A DNA stretch of 64,000 nt, taken from sequence record MH791414.1; one strand, 5' to 3'. Below, in pieces: positions 1-12,096 of this stretch. Each line of letters opens with the position of its first letter. Position 1 is the first letter of the stretch. The translations under genes were made by a program, and so were the position numbers. The notes under the pieces were generated by a model. It ran no database searches. It worked only from the letters and a program-made list of their open reading frames with translations, and had not been told where the DNA came from.

Positions 1-1846
1 ATTTGATAGAATCCAGATAGGCATTAACTTCACTGCGGAAAGACGAACGAGTAAACGCATCGTTATTCTCAAACAGTTTGTATTTTGCACTTTCTGTGAT
101 AGACTTCTTCAGAAGGTTAAACAACCGACGAACGTTAATACGGTCGAATGGTGTTGGGGCAAGACTCATGGTCTTATCACCATAAAGGATAAATCCTTGA
201 CCGGGGAAACCTACAATCGGGTTAATACTGTTCTGGTACAGCTCATCACGGTGTGATTGGCGAGTTTCAATAGCTAGTTTGCGAACGTCGAGGATCTGAC
301 CACGGTTGAATCCAGCCGGGGACATCCAAGGTTGCGAAACTGTGTCAGTACGTGCGCACAGACCAGCCAAATCAGCACTGAGCGGAATCCAGCGGTTTGT
401 ATCGTTGTATTTATCATACTGAAGCTTATAGTTACCACCACATGAACTATAGGTAGTACCCACGTTCATATTGTCATCGACAACAGCACCAGATGAAGTT
501 ACACCACGACGCCATTCAACAATCTTACTGACTGCGGTTGCAACCGGGAGATTGATCATATATTCGCGTGGTGGGCTGATCCAACCTAAACAATCTTGAC
601 GCTCATCACAAATTGCAGCTACGGATTTTTGTACAGTAGAGGCAATAGCTACACCCTCACCCGCACATGTACCGGCGATAAACAGGTTTACGTCTACGTG
701 TTCACGGTCTGCAAATAAATCCCATCCAGTAATCCAATCACCAGCAGATGCAGCTTCGTTACCACTTGCACCACCACCGAATGTTAGGATCCCTGAGTAT
801 TCTGCGGGCCAGCTTTCAGCAACACCTTGAATAAAGGTAGAGTACCCATTGATGAAGAATTCATCAACATAGATACTAGAACCGTAAATGTCTCTATCCC
901 CTTCCTTAGTAGAAAGTACACGAGATTCAACAGCAGAACCACCCAAGAAAACAATCATTGCGAACTGGTCTTTGGTTTGTGGTCCATACTCCAAATATGA
1001 ACTTGGGGTAATATTACCAAAACTCGAACCACTCGGGAAAGTTTTAAGGTTTACTGTTTTTACAGTTGTCGGTTTTCCATCAGTTCCGAAATTATAATAA
1101 TCTTTATATGCGATAAAAGCAACTTGTAGATTATCACCTTTCTGACCAGCATAACGAGAAGCGACTACCGGGATACCATAACTTTCACACATATCAATAT
1201 ATGTGTCCGAGTTTTCATCCCTACGTAACAGGGCTTCCCGCGCATATTCATCATTACGGATGTAAATTTCACTATCTTGACGAATACCATTCAGCACTGC
1301 GGTTGCAGATTGTCCGCTACCCGGACCGCCAGATGAAAATTGGATCTGCCAACCATTCTGAAGTGCAGGATAATCGTTTAATTCTTTTGCTTTAGCCACA
1401 ACTTCGGCAGTAGAGAATTTAACAAAAGTAACACCACCAACAGAGTTAAGAGCGGAAACTTTACCAGTTGTAATAGTAGTCCCGTTTTGAAGGATCTTAA
1501 CATCATCACCGATACGATAATCAACACCCGGAGATGTAATTGTATAATCGATTGTTTGGAAGAATGGACTTGAATTTCGGGCAGTATCTTCATCCAGAAT
1601 ACGCACTGTACGGAGATCGTTACCGTATTTTAAAAAGTTGATAGCACTCAACACGCTATCAGCGGTTTGATTATCTGGGCGACCAAATCGATCTATAAGA
1701 TCGGTCTCAGAAACAATCTGAGCGATTTGATATGCAGGCCCCCACTGGAATTTACCAGCTAGGGCAGCCCGACCAGTGCTAGATCGGGCAATAGTTGTCT
1801 GCATATTAATCTCTTTGGCTTCTACACCCGGAGAGAGTAATGTCAT
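1..1846 (-). CDS. 18: Tail sheath protein gp18 (3' end runs off the window)
   Basis: Manual translation from ATG 1846: MTLLSPGVEAKEINMQTTIARSSTGRAALAGKFQWGPAYQ, matching the T4 gp18 N-terminus. Absent from the ORF track, presumably because no stop falls in the window. Confidence 0.95.
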   Translation of the reverse strand, partial: MTLLSPGVEAKEINMQTTIARSSTGRAALAGKFQWGPAYQIAQIVSETDLIDRFGRPDNQTADSVLSAINFLKYGNDLRTVRILDEDTARNSSPFFQTIDYTITSPGVDYRIGDDVKILQNGTTITTGKVSALNSVGGVTFVKFSTAEVVAKAKELNDYPALQNGWQIQFSSGGPGSGQSATAVLNGIRQDSEIYIRNDEYAREALLRRDENSDTYIDMCESYGIPVVASRYAGQKGDNLQVAFIAYKDYYNFGTDGKPTTVKTVNLKTFPSGSSFGNITPSSYLEYGPQTKDQFAMIVFLGGSAVESRVLSTKEGDRDIYGSSIYVDEFFINGYSTFIQGVAESWPAEYSGILTFGGGASGNEAASAGDWITGWDLFADREHVDVNLFIAGTCAGEGVAIASTVQKSVAAICDERQDCLGWISPPREYMINLPVATAVSKIVEWRRGVTSSGAVVDDNMNVGTTYSSCGGNYKLQYDKYNDTNRWIPLSADLAGLCARTDTVSQPWMSPAGFNRGQILDVRKLAIETRQSHRDELYQNSINPIVGFPGQGFILYGDKTMSLAPTPFDRINVRRLFNLLKKSITESAKYKLFENNDAFTRSSFRSEVNAYLDSIK

Positions 1847-1858
1847 TTTATTTTCCTT

Positions 1859-4103
<2,245 letters not shown>

Positions 4104-4104
<1 letters not shown>

Positions 4105-4610
4105 TAAGAAACCTCTTCACTTTCACCATCAATAATTAATGATTTTGCCTGTGTCTGGGTTCCTTCCTTCATCATTAATTCAGAAGGGGTCCCAACGAAT
4201 ACCGTGGCGTTTTCAATATTCATGGATGGTTGTTCTTTAGGTGTTTCTGTATTAGCTTTTGTTTTTTCAGATGTGATAGCATCCATTTCTTTATGGATTT
4301 TCAAAATCTCTTTTGTATTTGATGTCATTGCTGCCATCAGCTGAACAAATGAATTTAATTGATTTGGACTTTCTGAGTTTTTTGCATTTTCTAATGCAAT
4401 AGCTGCCATTGCCATCATCATTTGTTGTTGCTGATTAATAGATTGCCTAGCGAAACTATAATCATCTTGTAAGTCTTGCGCTCGGTTAGCCGGGTTAGAA
4501 ACAACCTCTTTTAATACAGTTGGTTCATATACGACTGGCATAGAATTTTCGTCAAATACTGGCAATCCAGAAACATCTAAGAGATTTTTCATGTTTAGTT
4601 CATCACTCAT
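4104..4610 (-). CDS. 16: Terminase small subunit gp16
   Basis: LLDVSGLP, VSNPANRAQDLQDDY and NIENATVFVGTPSELM match T4 gp16. Confidence 0.95.
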
Positions 4611-5425
4611 GTTAAATTCTCTCTTGGTTTTGGTGGATTCGGATCTACCGGAATTGGAATACCTTCTGACCGGGTTTCAATATAAGTCCCATCCCATGTA
4701 TTTGGTGTACTATCCAAAGGAACAACTTGGAGGTCGTCTGATTCATATAGGTCTTTTGGTAGTTGTTTTGTATTACCCCAAAAATCTATATATGAAGTTT
4801 TAATCTCGCCCTTCAGATCGGAGAAATTTGCATACATCCATCCATCAACTTCAAAAACTAAAGTCCATTCCAATCTACGTCTTTCTCCTTTATCACCTTC
4901 TAGGTCTTCTGCCATAATCACAGACTGTAGAGTTATTTGAATATCTCTATCAATCGGTGTCAATTTATCGTGAAGTTCGGTAATTCGACATACAAAATTG
5001 GGTTGAAAATATGGAAGGATCTGTTCTATAATTGTGTGCATATCGGTCTCGAATCGAGTGAATATGCTAACCTCAAACATCATTTTCCATGGTACTGGGT
5101 TATAGATAAGATACGTTTTATTGTTTTTATCTGAAGCCTGCCTAACTGTCATACCGGTTTTCATCTGTTCGTTATAGATCATATCAACCATCTGAACACC
5201 GATACGGGGTAGAATAGTCTCCGCTCTTGCAACGTCACCATCTGACATGTTACTAAATGCGTTATTTATTTTAGCGATAAATCTTTCTTTAGATGCATAG
5301 GTGATAGGGACCTTATTATAGTATTTTTTACCATCACGTTCTCTTTCTACCTGAACACCGCTCAATAGGTCCATTAGTAGAATAATATATCTACGGATAG
5401 AGCTATTATAGTAATAACCAAACAT
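4607..5425 (-). CDS. 15: Tail sheath stabilizer/completion protein gp15
   Basis: MFGYYYNSSIRRY, VPITYASKE and ETILPRI match T4 gp15. Confidence 0.95.
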   Translation of the reverse strand: MFGYYYNSSIRRYIILLMDLLSGVQVERERDGKKYYNKVPITYASKERFIAKINNAFSNMSDGDVARAETILPRIGVQMVDMIYNEQMKTGMTVRQASDKNNKTYLIYNPVPWKMMFEVSIFTRFETDMHTIIEQILPYFQPNFVCRITELHDKLTPIDRDIQITLQSVIMAEDLEGDKGERRRLEWTLVFEVDGWMYANFSDLKGEIKTSYIDFWGNTKQLPKDLYESDDLQVVPLDSTPNTWDGTYIETRSEGIPIPVDPNPPKPRENLT

Positions 5426-5443
5426 TTCAATCTCCTTTTATTA

Positions 5444-5466
5444 TATTTAGGGGGGTATTACCCCCC
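5444..5466 (-). promoter_or_regulatory. Late promoter CTAAATA overlapping a G6-TATTA-C6 hairpin upstream of gp15
   Basis: TATTTAG at 5444-5450; GGGGGG 5450-5455 and CCCCCC 5461-5466. Confidence 0.6.
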
Positions 5467-5470
5467 ATAA

Positions 5471-6277
5471 TCAATCTATTCCACCAAAATCTTTAAACGG
5501 GTCTTCTTGGACGGTTGGGTCATTAAATGGATTAAACGGTGCAGTTGCTTTCGGTGTACCTGTTCCGATAATCACGTCAAATTCGTCTACGAAACTATCC
5601 GCTTCATTAGCAACGAAGTCATCCTCTTCATATTCGATGATAGAAGTATCAACCCGTTTATCTAAATTACGAACTTTATCAAGACCACTCTCGTTACCAA
5701 GAATAAAAGATGTTGGATCGAAATCTGGTTGGATTTCTTCTCCGGAATATATGAATTTTTGTGCAGTAATTTTATATTGGGTTTCTTGTCCATTTTGGTA
5801 AAACGGATTATTGGGCTCAACCCAAGTAATTTCAAATATTGCATTATTCATTGGGAAATATATCAAGTCACCTTCTCTAGCTTTTTCTCCATCCCCCTGA
5901 CGGTTAAACAACTCAGGAGAAATAGTAAATTCCGCCTCGTCGTTTACACTCATCCCGAATTTTGAGAAGAATTCTTGTCTTCCTTGATAATCCTCGAAAG
6001 TGTCCAAATACATTGCAACCTTGAAAGCATTATTGAACTTAGATTGCATATCTTCACCAAATAATAAGTCTAGTTTAACCAATTCTCGGCGAATATAAAA
6101 AACTTCAACCCCTTTCATTTGTACTGATTCAGATACCAAATGTCTAGCAAACGCTTGTGAATATCCATAGGCGTAATTATTGACATATGGATTCAAAACA
6201 TGCTTTTTATTTGTGTTGTCTTCGTATCCTGATCCATCTTCTAATCGAGCAAATAAATTTTCGTCAAACATTATCAT
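5471..6277 (-). CDS. 14: Neck protein gp14
   Basis: NLFARLE, LNPYVN, EGDLIYFPMNNAIFEITWVEP and KFIYSGEEI match T4 gp14. Confidence 0.95.
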   Translation of the reverse strand: MIMFDENLFARLEDGSGYEDNTNKKHVLNPYVNNYAYGYSQAFARHLVSESVQMKGVEVFYIRRELVKLDLLFGEDMQSKFNNAFKVAMYLDTFEDYQGRQEFFSKFGMSVNDEAEFTISPELFNRQGDGEKAREGDLIYFPMNNAIFEITWVEPNNPFYQNGQETQYKITAQKFIYSGEEIQPDFDPTSFILGNESGLDKVRNLDKRVDTSIIEYEEDDFVANEADSFVDEFDVIIGTGTPKATAPFNPFNDPTVQEDPFKDFGGID

Positions 6278-7194
6278 TACCCCATAATAATTGGATCTGG
6301 ACCAGACAGGGAAAGTAATTCCAATCTGAGTTTTTCAATTTCTTCTCTTGCTTCTTGGATTAGTCTAACCCCATCAACAGTAACACCCCCCGGAAGTTGC
6401 ATACCTTGATGTTTAGCCATGATATTTCCCCAAACTTCCTTGACTAGGGCGGTGGACATATCTTTAATCCAACGGTTGTTATACACCTTCTGGTCTGGGA
6501 ATTCGTGTCGAGCTTCACCAATCACCCACTGTGGGAGTTTCTTATACGGATTAGCCCATTCCTGTTCATTGGTACTAACAGCTGCACCAGAACCAATAGG
6601 GGTCATGCTACCAATGTTGTTATACCCAAATTCGTCTAGATCGACGAAGTTTTGAATGTAAACTTCGAGAATAAGAATATCCCCTTTTTTAAAGTTTTTC
6701 CCGGCAACCTGAAGCATTCCGGATTTTGTATCAAAATCATATTCTGGAAGTGGGTCTAGCTGGTCTTGAAGCATTTTTTGGTAAGAGCTAAATTGAGCAA
6801 AATAACCAACTGACCCAAAAGTACCAAATGGGCTAGGGCCATGGTAACAAGTACCACCACCAAGACTCATGATGAAGCTAGTAAACCAGTTCAGAGGAAC
6901 ACCACCACCAAGAAGAGTCATATTCCCAACCTGACTACGTAGAATTCTAGTAACCGCAAAAATTGGATATTCGCTTAGATCAATATACCCGGTATTTGCT
7001 TGGTCTTCTGTCATTACGCAAGTAATAAAAGCCCGATTCAATGCGTCATAGTGGTAATCTTTATAAAGCTCCAAAGCCCGACCAATGGAATCATATATCT
7101 GAGTTTCTGTTACTTCAATATTGATAATAGGCGCACCAAGACGACGTAAAATATTATCTTTTAATTCTTTGGGGTTATTACAAGTATTATACAT
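6277..7194 (-). CDS. 13: Neck protein gp13
   Basis: NPKELKDNILRRLGAPIINIE and GMQLPGGVTVDG match T4 gp13. Confidence 0.95.
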   Translation of the reverse strand: MYNTCNNPKELKDNILRRLGAPIINIEVTETQIYDSIGRALELYKDYHYDALNRAFITCVMTEDQANTGYIDLSEYPIFAVTRILRSQVGNMTLLGGGVPLNWFTSFIMSLGGGTCYHGPSPFGTFGSVGYFAQFSSYQKMLQDQLDPLPEYDFDTKSGMLQVAGKNFKKGDILILEVYIQNFVDLDEFGYNNIGSMTPIGSGAAVSTNEQEWANPYKKLPQWVIGEARHEFPDQKVYNNRWIKDMSTALVKEVWGNIMAKHQGMQLPGGVTVDGVRLIQEAREEIEKLRLELLSLSGPDPIIMG

Positions 7195-7218
7195 ATTCGT
7201 TTCCTTATCTTATAAACG

Positions 7219-7225
7219 TATTTAG
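7219..7225 (-). promoter_or_regulatory. Late promoter CTAAATA for gp13
   Basis: TATTTAG on the plus strand, immediately downstream (in minus orientation) of a terminator. Confidence 0.6.
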
Positions 7226-7227
7226 AG

Positions 7228-7263
7228 AAAAGCCCCAACACGAAAAACGAGTCGGGGCTTTTT
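7228..7263. terminator. Rho-independent terminator
   Basis: Stem AAGCCCC...GGGGCTT flanked by A and T runs. Confidence 0.75.
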
Positions 7264-7264
7264 A

Positions 7265-7408
7265 TTAAGTTTCCTTGTTCTTATTATTTTCAATGTCTTC
7301 CTTATTCTTTTCTTGTTTTTTGGTAATGGCTTCCGCCAGCGCCTTTAACAATTGAGACAGGATTTCAAGTCCGATAGTTCTAAAGAACAAGAGTACCGCA
7401 GTTTGCAT
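7265..7408 (-). CDS. Small hypothetical protein (47 aa)
   Basis: Manual translation MQTAVLLFFRTIGLEILSQLLKALAEAITKKQEKNKEDIENNKNKET; AGGGG SD; fills the gap before the terminator. Confidence 0.7.
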   Translation of the reverse strand: MQTAVLLFFRTIGLEILSQLLKALAEAITKKQEKNKEDIENNKNKET

Positions 7409-7422
7409 TATATAACCCCTTT

Positions 7423-8922
7423 CTATACTATTTGTATCCTTGTAGATCGGGTAACAACTTGACCATACGAGTTGCTATACGTTGCGAAATAGAAAATCGT
7501 TGTATCTAGTGTGCTTGTTACAGGTACAGAAAGATTCGGAGTTGACCCAAGGACTACGCCCCTAGAATTTTTCCAAACTACACTAGTGTATCTATCACAA
7601 TTTGTTTCAATTACAACTGTTGACCCTACCGATGCTTCGTATAAAACATTTGGCTGTAATGTTATTTTTGGTGCAACCGTACTCCACCAAGTTATAGAGC
7701 CAACTATATCAAGGGTTAAGAGTCCGTCAGATGACGTCAGTTTGTTGTTTCCATTATTTGAAATGTTAAACAGATAACTTTGGTCATCCATGAAAATTTC
7801 AAACTGTTCTACAGTAATACCGTTGTTATTTAGACCGAAAACGGTATCCACACCGTTACTAAGACTAAGATATGGTTCGTTTATCCGAGTGGATATTTCG
7901 CCGTTTATATATAGCCTTATATTTTGAGCAAATCCATTACTCACATCATACCAAACCGCAACCCCAATACTATTATTTCTTGGTAATGCAGCTTTTAATT
8001 TTTTCTTATGATATACACCATCTGGTGTTCTAACCCAAAAATCATTGTTTACGAGGTCGATACCAATACCAACATTGACCCCACCAACGTCCTTAGACGC
8101 GATTATAAGCTCGGTTGCGTTATTACCCAATACAAGGGCACCGGATATCTTGTGTGATTTGTTAGCGACCATTAGAGAGCCCGCAGAGCGAAACCCTGCA
8201 TTGGTGTTTAAGATCACCGCTTCATTGGTCAAAATTAATGGAGTTGGTTGATAATCTATCACCTTATTTGTTTGGGTTACTTGTGGTGAATCGAAAGAAA
8301 AATCCCCGTTTGTATTATATCTAACACCCACACCAAAGTTGAACTGTATTAAACAATCCACTTTAGCTACAAACGTAGAATATATTTGTGTTCTTGTATC
8401 CCCGATATTTGGGTTTGTTTCAAACGCTTTTGTTATAGTCAGATAATCAGCAACGTTTCCGCCGTTATCCATATAAATATCTGCCAATACTCCACTATGT
8501 ACGGTAGTTTGGTTATTATTTTTGACCATAACACTTGCAGTGTAGACTTTCCCAGCTTTTAGAGATATTCGTGTCTGAAAAAACATTCGACTATTGACAG
8601 TTCGGAATGTATATCCCTTAGTATTTTCACTATCTTGGTTGAAGCTTATTGCAAATGCGTTATTTCCTGTACTAGGAGAATTATTATAAACTGTATAGGT
8701 AGGAGGAACGTTACCAATCTTCGTACCATCAGAATAATAATAAAGGTCCGTTCCGTTCAGCATCCGACTATTCGCTAACAGGTTTTCATCACCAAGATCA
8801 TAGGCTCTATGCCAAGCACCATTAGAAAACACCCAAGGTACAGATTTATGCCAATTATTGTTGCTTTTAACGGATGGGATGGCGTTATGCGCCACCCCAT
8901 TTTTATACACTTTGTTAGACAT
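7423..8922 (-). CDS. Putative virion adhesin: carbohydrate-binding/lectin-like modules and C-terminal Ig-like domain
   Basis: Beta-rich, Asn/Thr-rich; C-terminal PKITLQP...VVW...Y...SNSYGQVVT Ig pattern; lies between wac and gp13. Confidence 0.6.
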   Translation of the reverse strand: MSNKVYKNGVAHNAIPSVKSNNNWHKSVPWVFSNGAWHRAYDLGDENLLANSRMLNGTDLYYYSDGTKIGNVPPTYTVYNNSPSTGNNAFAISFNQDSENTKGYTFRTVNSRMFFQTRISLKAGKVYTASVMVKNNNQTTVHSGVLADIYMDNGGNVADYLTITKAFETNPNIGDTRTQIYSTFVAKVDCLIQFNFGVGVRYNTNGDFSFDSPQVTQTNKVIDYQPTPLILTNEAVILNTNAGFRSAGSLMVANKSHKISGALVLGNNATELIIASKDVGGVNVGIGIDLVNNDFWVRTPDGVYHKKKLKAALPRNNSIGVAVWYDVSNGFAQNIRLYINGEISTRINEPYLSLSNGVDTVFGLNNNGITVEQFEIFMDDQSYLFNISNNGNNKLTSSDGLLTLDIVGSITWWSTVAPKITLQPNVLYEASVGSTVVIETNCDRYTSVVWKNSRGVVLGSTPNLSVPVTSTLDTTIFYFATYSNSYGQVVTRSTRIQIV

Positions 8923-8931
8923 TCGGTTACC

Positions 8932-11900
8932 TTAGTTGATGAACTCAAAGAACACATCACCCTCTTTAGGTGTGGCTGGCGCGTCAGTTGCAAAATCACC
9001 GTAGTAATATGCTCGGACCCACTGTCCACTTTGCCGCACATATTTGTTACCATCGTTAGGTGCTTCAAAACTTTGTGCAGTTAGCACTTTATCGTTATTG
9101 ATAGTCACTTCTGTGGCAGAAATACGAGTTGGTAAGGTAGAATCACCTAAAGCAATATGTTTTTCTGTGTCTGGTTGTTCAATGCTAATAATATTCTTAC
9201 TAACGTTATTTATAGTGGTTGATATACCAAAAGATCTATTAGCACCAACTTCCGCTAGTTTAATAGTCGTTACTTTACCAGCCAATTCAACAAACACTCT
9301 TGAATCACCAATGGTCATCAACTTATCAGCACCAACAGTATCTATTTTCGCAACGTTATATCCACCAATGATAAAATCACTATTCAGATTAACTGAAACG
9401 TCTTTATCCGGGTCGATACCGTCATGAATTAGAGTCCATTGTCCACCTTTACGTGCGTAGAAATTAGCGTCGTTCGGTGCGTCTATTGCATCAGTCCATA
9501 CTCTAGAAGAGTTGACAGTCAAACTACCATAAACGTTAACTGGTTTCGGAGATGTAGCATCACCAATATTGATCCCGGTAGGGGATTTATATTCGATAAG
9601 GACACCGTTTGCTGTCGATATTTTACTATCCAACAGGAAATTAGAAACCGTACCACGGAGAGACAGTTTACCAGTATTAGCACCAATCTTAGTTGTTACT
9701 GTGGCTGCATCAACAGTCATTGCAGTAACTACACCACCGTTTGTTCTAGCTAGAATGGATACGTTTTCTGCGAGTGTAAAATCTCTTTCACCAACTGCTT
9801 GCCAGAACCCAGTACCATCATCATTAACACGAACATAAGGAAGTCCAGATTGTGGGGCATCGTCAATTCCACCAGTCCCACCACCACCACCACCATCTGT
9901 TACAACCATCCATTGGTTATTTTTACGTGCGTAAAAACTACCATCTGCTGGTGCATCCATGCCTTGGTGCCAAACACGATATTTCTCAACACCGGGACCC
10001 TGTACATAGAAATCTTTCGCCAGAATGTTTGTGCAATTGGTATCACCAAATATCAATGAATCGCTGGTGTTTGAAACTACACTGTAGTTAACCCCCATAC
10101 CGACGTTCATCTTGATAGATGTACTCTGATCCATAATCAAGTTATCAATTTTACTAAGGAAAGAAATATTCGCATTAGACGAACCAAATTGAATTTTCCC
10201 ACTAGTCAATTTAATAACATCAGCGCCAGCATATCCAATTTTAGCATCTTGTTCTAAAGTAAAACCTTTTTCTGGGTTGATATCTGTAATATAAGATTTA
10301 TAGTTACCGATATGAAGAACATCATATTCATCAACACCGTTACCAAATTTAAGCGCGTTTACATCCTTACCAATCAGAACAGTGTTTTTATCATTCTGTC
10401 CTAGTTTTACAGTTTGGTCTGTTGCCCCTAATAGGATTTTTCCGTATTTTCTAAGATCGGAGGTTGTATCTAAAGACAAGTTACCGATGATATCACCAAC
10501 GATGCGAATTTTGGTAGCCCCAGTATGACCGAAGGTTGGGATATAATTACCATCAGAACCGGTTGAATACGAAACAAGAGCCGTACCATCGATTGCAGTT
10601 ATTTTTTTACTATCACCAACTACGAAGTTAGTTGTAAATAAATCCCGCCAGAACCAGTTTGTACCATCAAATTCTCTAGACCACACAGCGCCAAGTTGTT
10701 GGCTTGATGGGTTTGATACATAACCAACACCGTTTTTATATTCAGAATACATACCGTCGAACATTTCTTTCGCTGCACGATATACACCTTTTTTACGGAA
10801 CTCTTCATCTGCTGGACTATTAGTACCTTCAACCTTCACATAAAGACCGGTAGATGGGTTTCCTACGGTATTTTGAAGGTCTTCGATAGCAGTACGATAT
10901 TCCACGTTAACAGTATCGGAGATACCAGATACCCGCCCATCCAAATTAGAGAAATGTTCGGCTTCTCGTTGGTCTATTTCTTTGACCTTTCCTTGCAAAC
11001 CATCAAGTGGACTACCACCTAAAACTTGTTCGTTCTTAGAAACGCGAATTCGGAGATCGTTAATTCGTCCCCATGCGGTTGTATCTAAGTTCGAATCGCT
11101 CGCACTACCCAAAGAGCGGTGTAGGTCATCAGCCAAGTTTGAAGTCTGTTTAGACATGTTACCGATATAATCGATATCTTTTTTGGTATGGATTACATAT
11201 TCATAAAGATTGGGAACGGTTACATATGTATCAGTTTCAACGTCAATATATTGGAGAGGGAATTCACCATAACCGGTATGAATAGAAAGTTCCTCAACTA
11301 ACGGAGTATTTATTTCGTCAGCAAACTCCAACTTAGAAAGTCTACCATAAATTGTTCTTGTTGGATCGTAATCATCACCAAGTTCAATTCTAATTTGGTT
11401 TACTTCTTCTCTCAGGGATGCAGGAGTTGAGTCTTCCCACCATTTTTCTAGTGATGTTACTCGAACATCCAGATTAACCCCGGTATTATAGTTTCGTTCA
11501 ACCTGACCTTTAACACCAGAAGCCAAAGTACCGGGGGATGGCATACCATCAATATCAAATCCAGAGTAATTACCCAGCATTTGTTTGATGTGTAAGTCGT
11601 CCGCTCTTAGAGTTCTAAATCGCAATGAAGGATCACCAACACCGATATTATCGGAGATTGACCGGATCTGAGCATCAAGAAGAATATCGGTTTCTTTAAT
11701 GGTCGCAATTTCTTGGTCGTGGGATGTTGCTTTTCCTTCTAATACATCAACCCGCTCATATAGATCCATGCCGTCGCCAGCATTAATTATTTCATCGTGA
11801 ATATTAACCTTATCAATTATTTCATTGACTTTGGTTAACATCTTATCTTGGTTGAGATCAAGAATCTCAACGTTTTCCTCTATTTGAACGGAGGGGCGGT

Positions 11901-12054
11901 TTAAATTACCGCCCTTATCTCCTACAATTAGAGGGTTTGCACCTTCTGGATTCTCACCGTTCTTTATCCAGTCAACTTGTTGTTGACCAGAACCAGCTGG
12001 CGGAACATCCGATTTGAACTTCAGATCATCCAGTGACGGTTTTATAATTCCCAT
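8932..12054 (-). CDS. wac: Fibritin (whisker) Wac, extended, with multiple foldon-like motifs
   Basis: N-terminus LKFKSDVPP...VDWIKNGE...LNRPSVQI matches T4 Wac; coiled coil; foldon-like motifs such as EAPNDGNKYVRQSGQWV. Confidence 0.9.
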   Translation of the reverse strand: MGIIKPSLDDLKFKSDVPPAGSGQQQVDWIKNGENPEGANPLIVGDKGGNLNRPSVQIEENVEILDLNQDKMLTKVNEIIDKVNIHDEIINAGDGMDLYERVDVLEGKATSHDQEIATIKETDILLDAQIRSISDNIGVGDPSLRFRTLRADDLHIKQMLGNYSGFDIDGMPSPGTLASGVKGQVERNYNTGVNLDVRVTSLEKWWEDSTPASLREEVNQIRIELGDDYDPTRTIYGRLSKLEFADEINTPLVEELSIHTGYGEFPLQYIDVETDTYVTVPNLYEYVIHTKKDIDYIGNMSKQTSNLADDLHRSLGSASDSNLDTTAWGRINDLRIRVSKNEQVLGGSPLDGLQGKVKEIDQREAEHFSNLDGRVSGISDTVNVEYRTAIEDLQNTVGNPSTGLYVKVEGTNSPADEEFRKKGVYRAAKEMFDGMYSEYKNGVGYVSNPSSQQLGAVWSREFDGTNWFWRDLFTTNFVVGDSKKITAIDGTALVSYSTGSDGNYIPTFGHTGATKIRIVGDIIGNLSLDTTSDLRKYGKILLGATDQTVKLGQNDKNTVLIGKDVNALKFGNGVDEYDVLHIGNYKSYITDINPEKGFTLEQDAKIGYAGADVIKLTSGKIQFGSSNANISFLSKIDNLIMDQSTSIKMNVGMGVNYSVVSNTSDSLIFGDTNCTNILAKDFYVQGPGVEKYRVWHQGMDAPADGSFYARKNNQWMVVTDGGGGGGTGGIDDAPQSGLPYVRVNDDGTGFWQAVGERDFTLAENVSILARTNGGVVTAMTVDAATVTTKIGANTGKLSLRGTVSNFLLDSKISTANGVLIEYKSPTGINIGDATSPKPVNVYGSLTVNSSRVWTDAIDAPNDANFYARKGGQWTLIHDGIDPDKDVSVNLNSDFIIGGYNVAKIDTVGADKLMTIGDSRVFVELAGKVTTIKLAEVGANRSFGISTTINNVSKNIISIEQPDTEKHIALGDSTLPTRISATEVTINNDKVLTAQSFEAPNDGNKYVRQSGQWVRAYYYGDFATDAPATPKEGDVFFEFIN

Positions 12055-12089
12055 TACCTAGTACCCCAATTGTGAAAGTTATATATCTG

Positions 12090-12096
12090 TATTTAG
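12090..12096 (-). promoter_or_regulatory. Late promoter CTAAATA for wac (overlaps gp12 stop)
   Basis: TATTTAG at 12090-12096. Confidence 0.55.
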
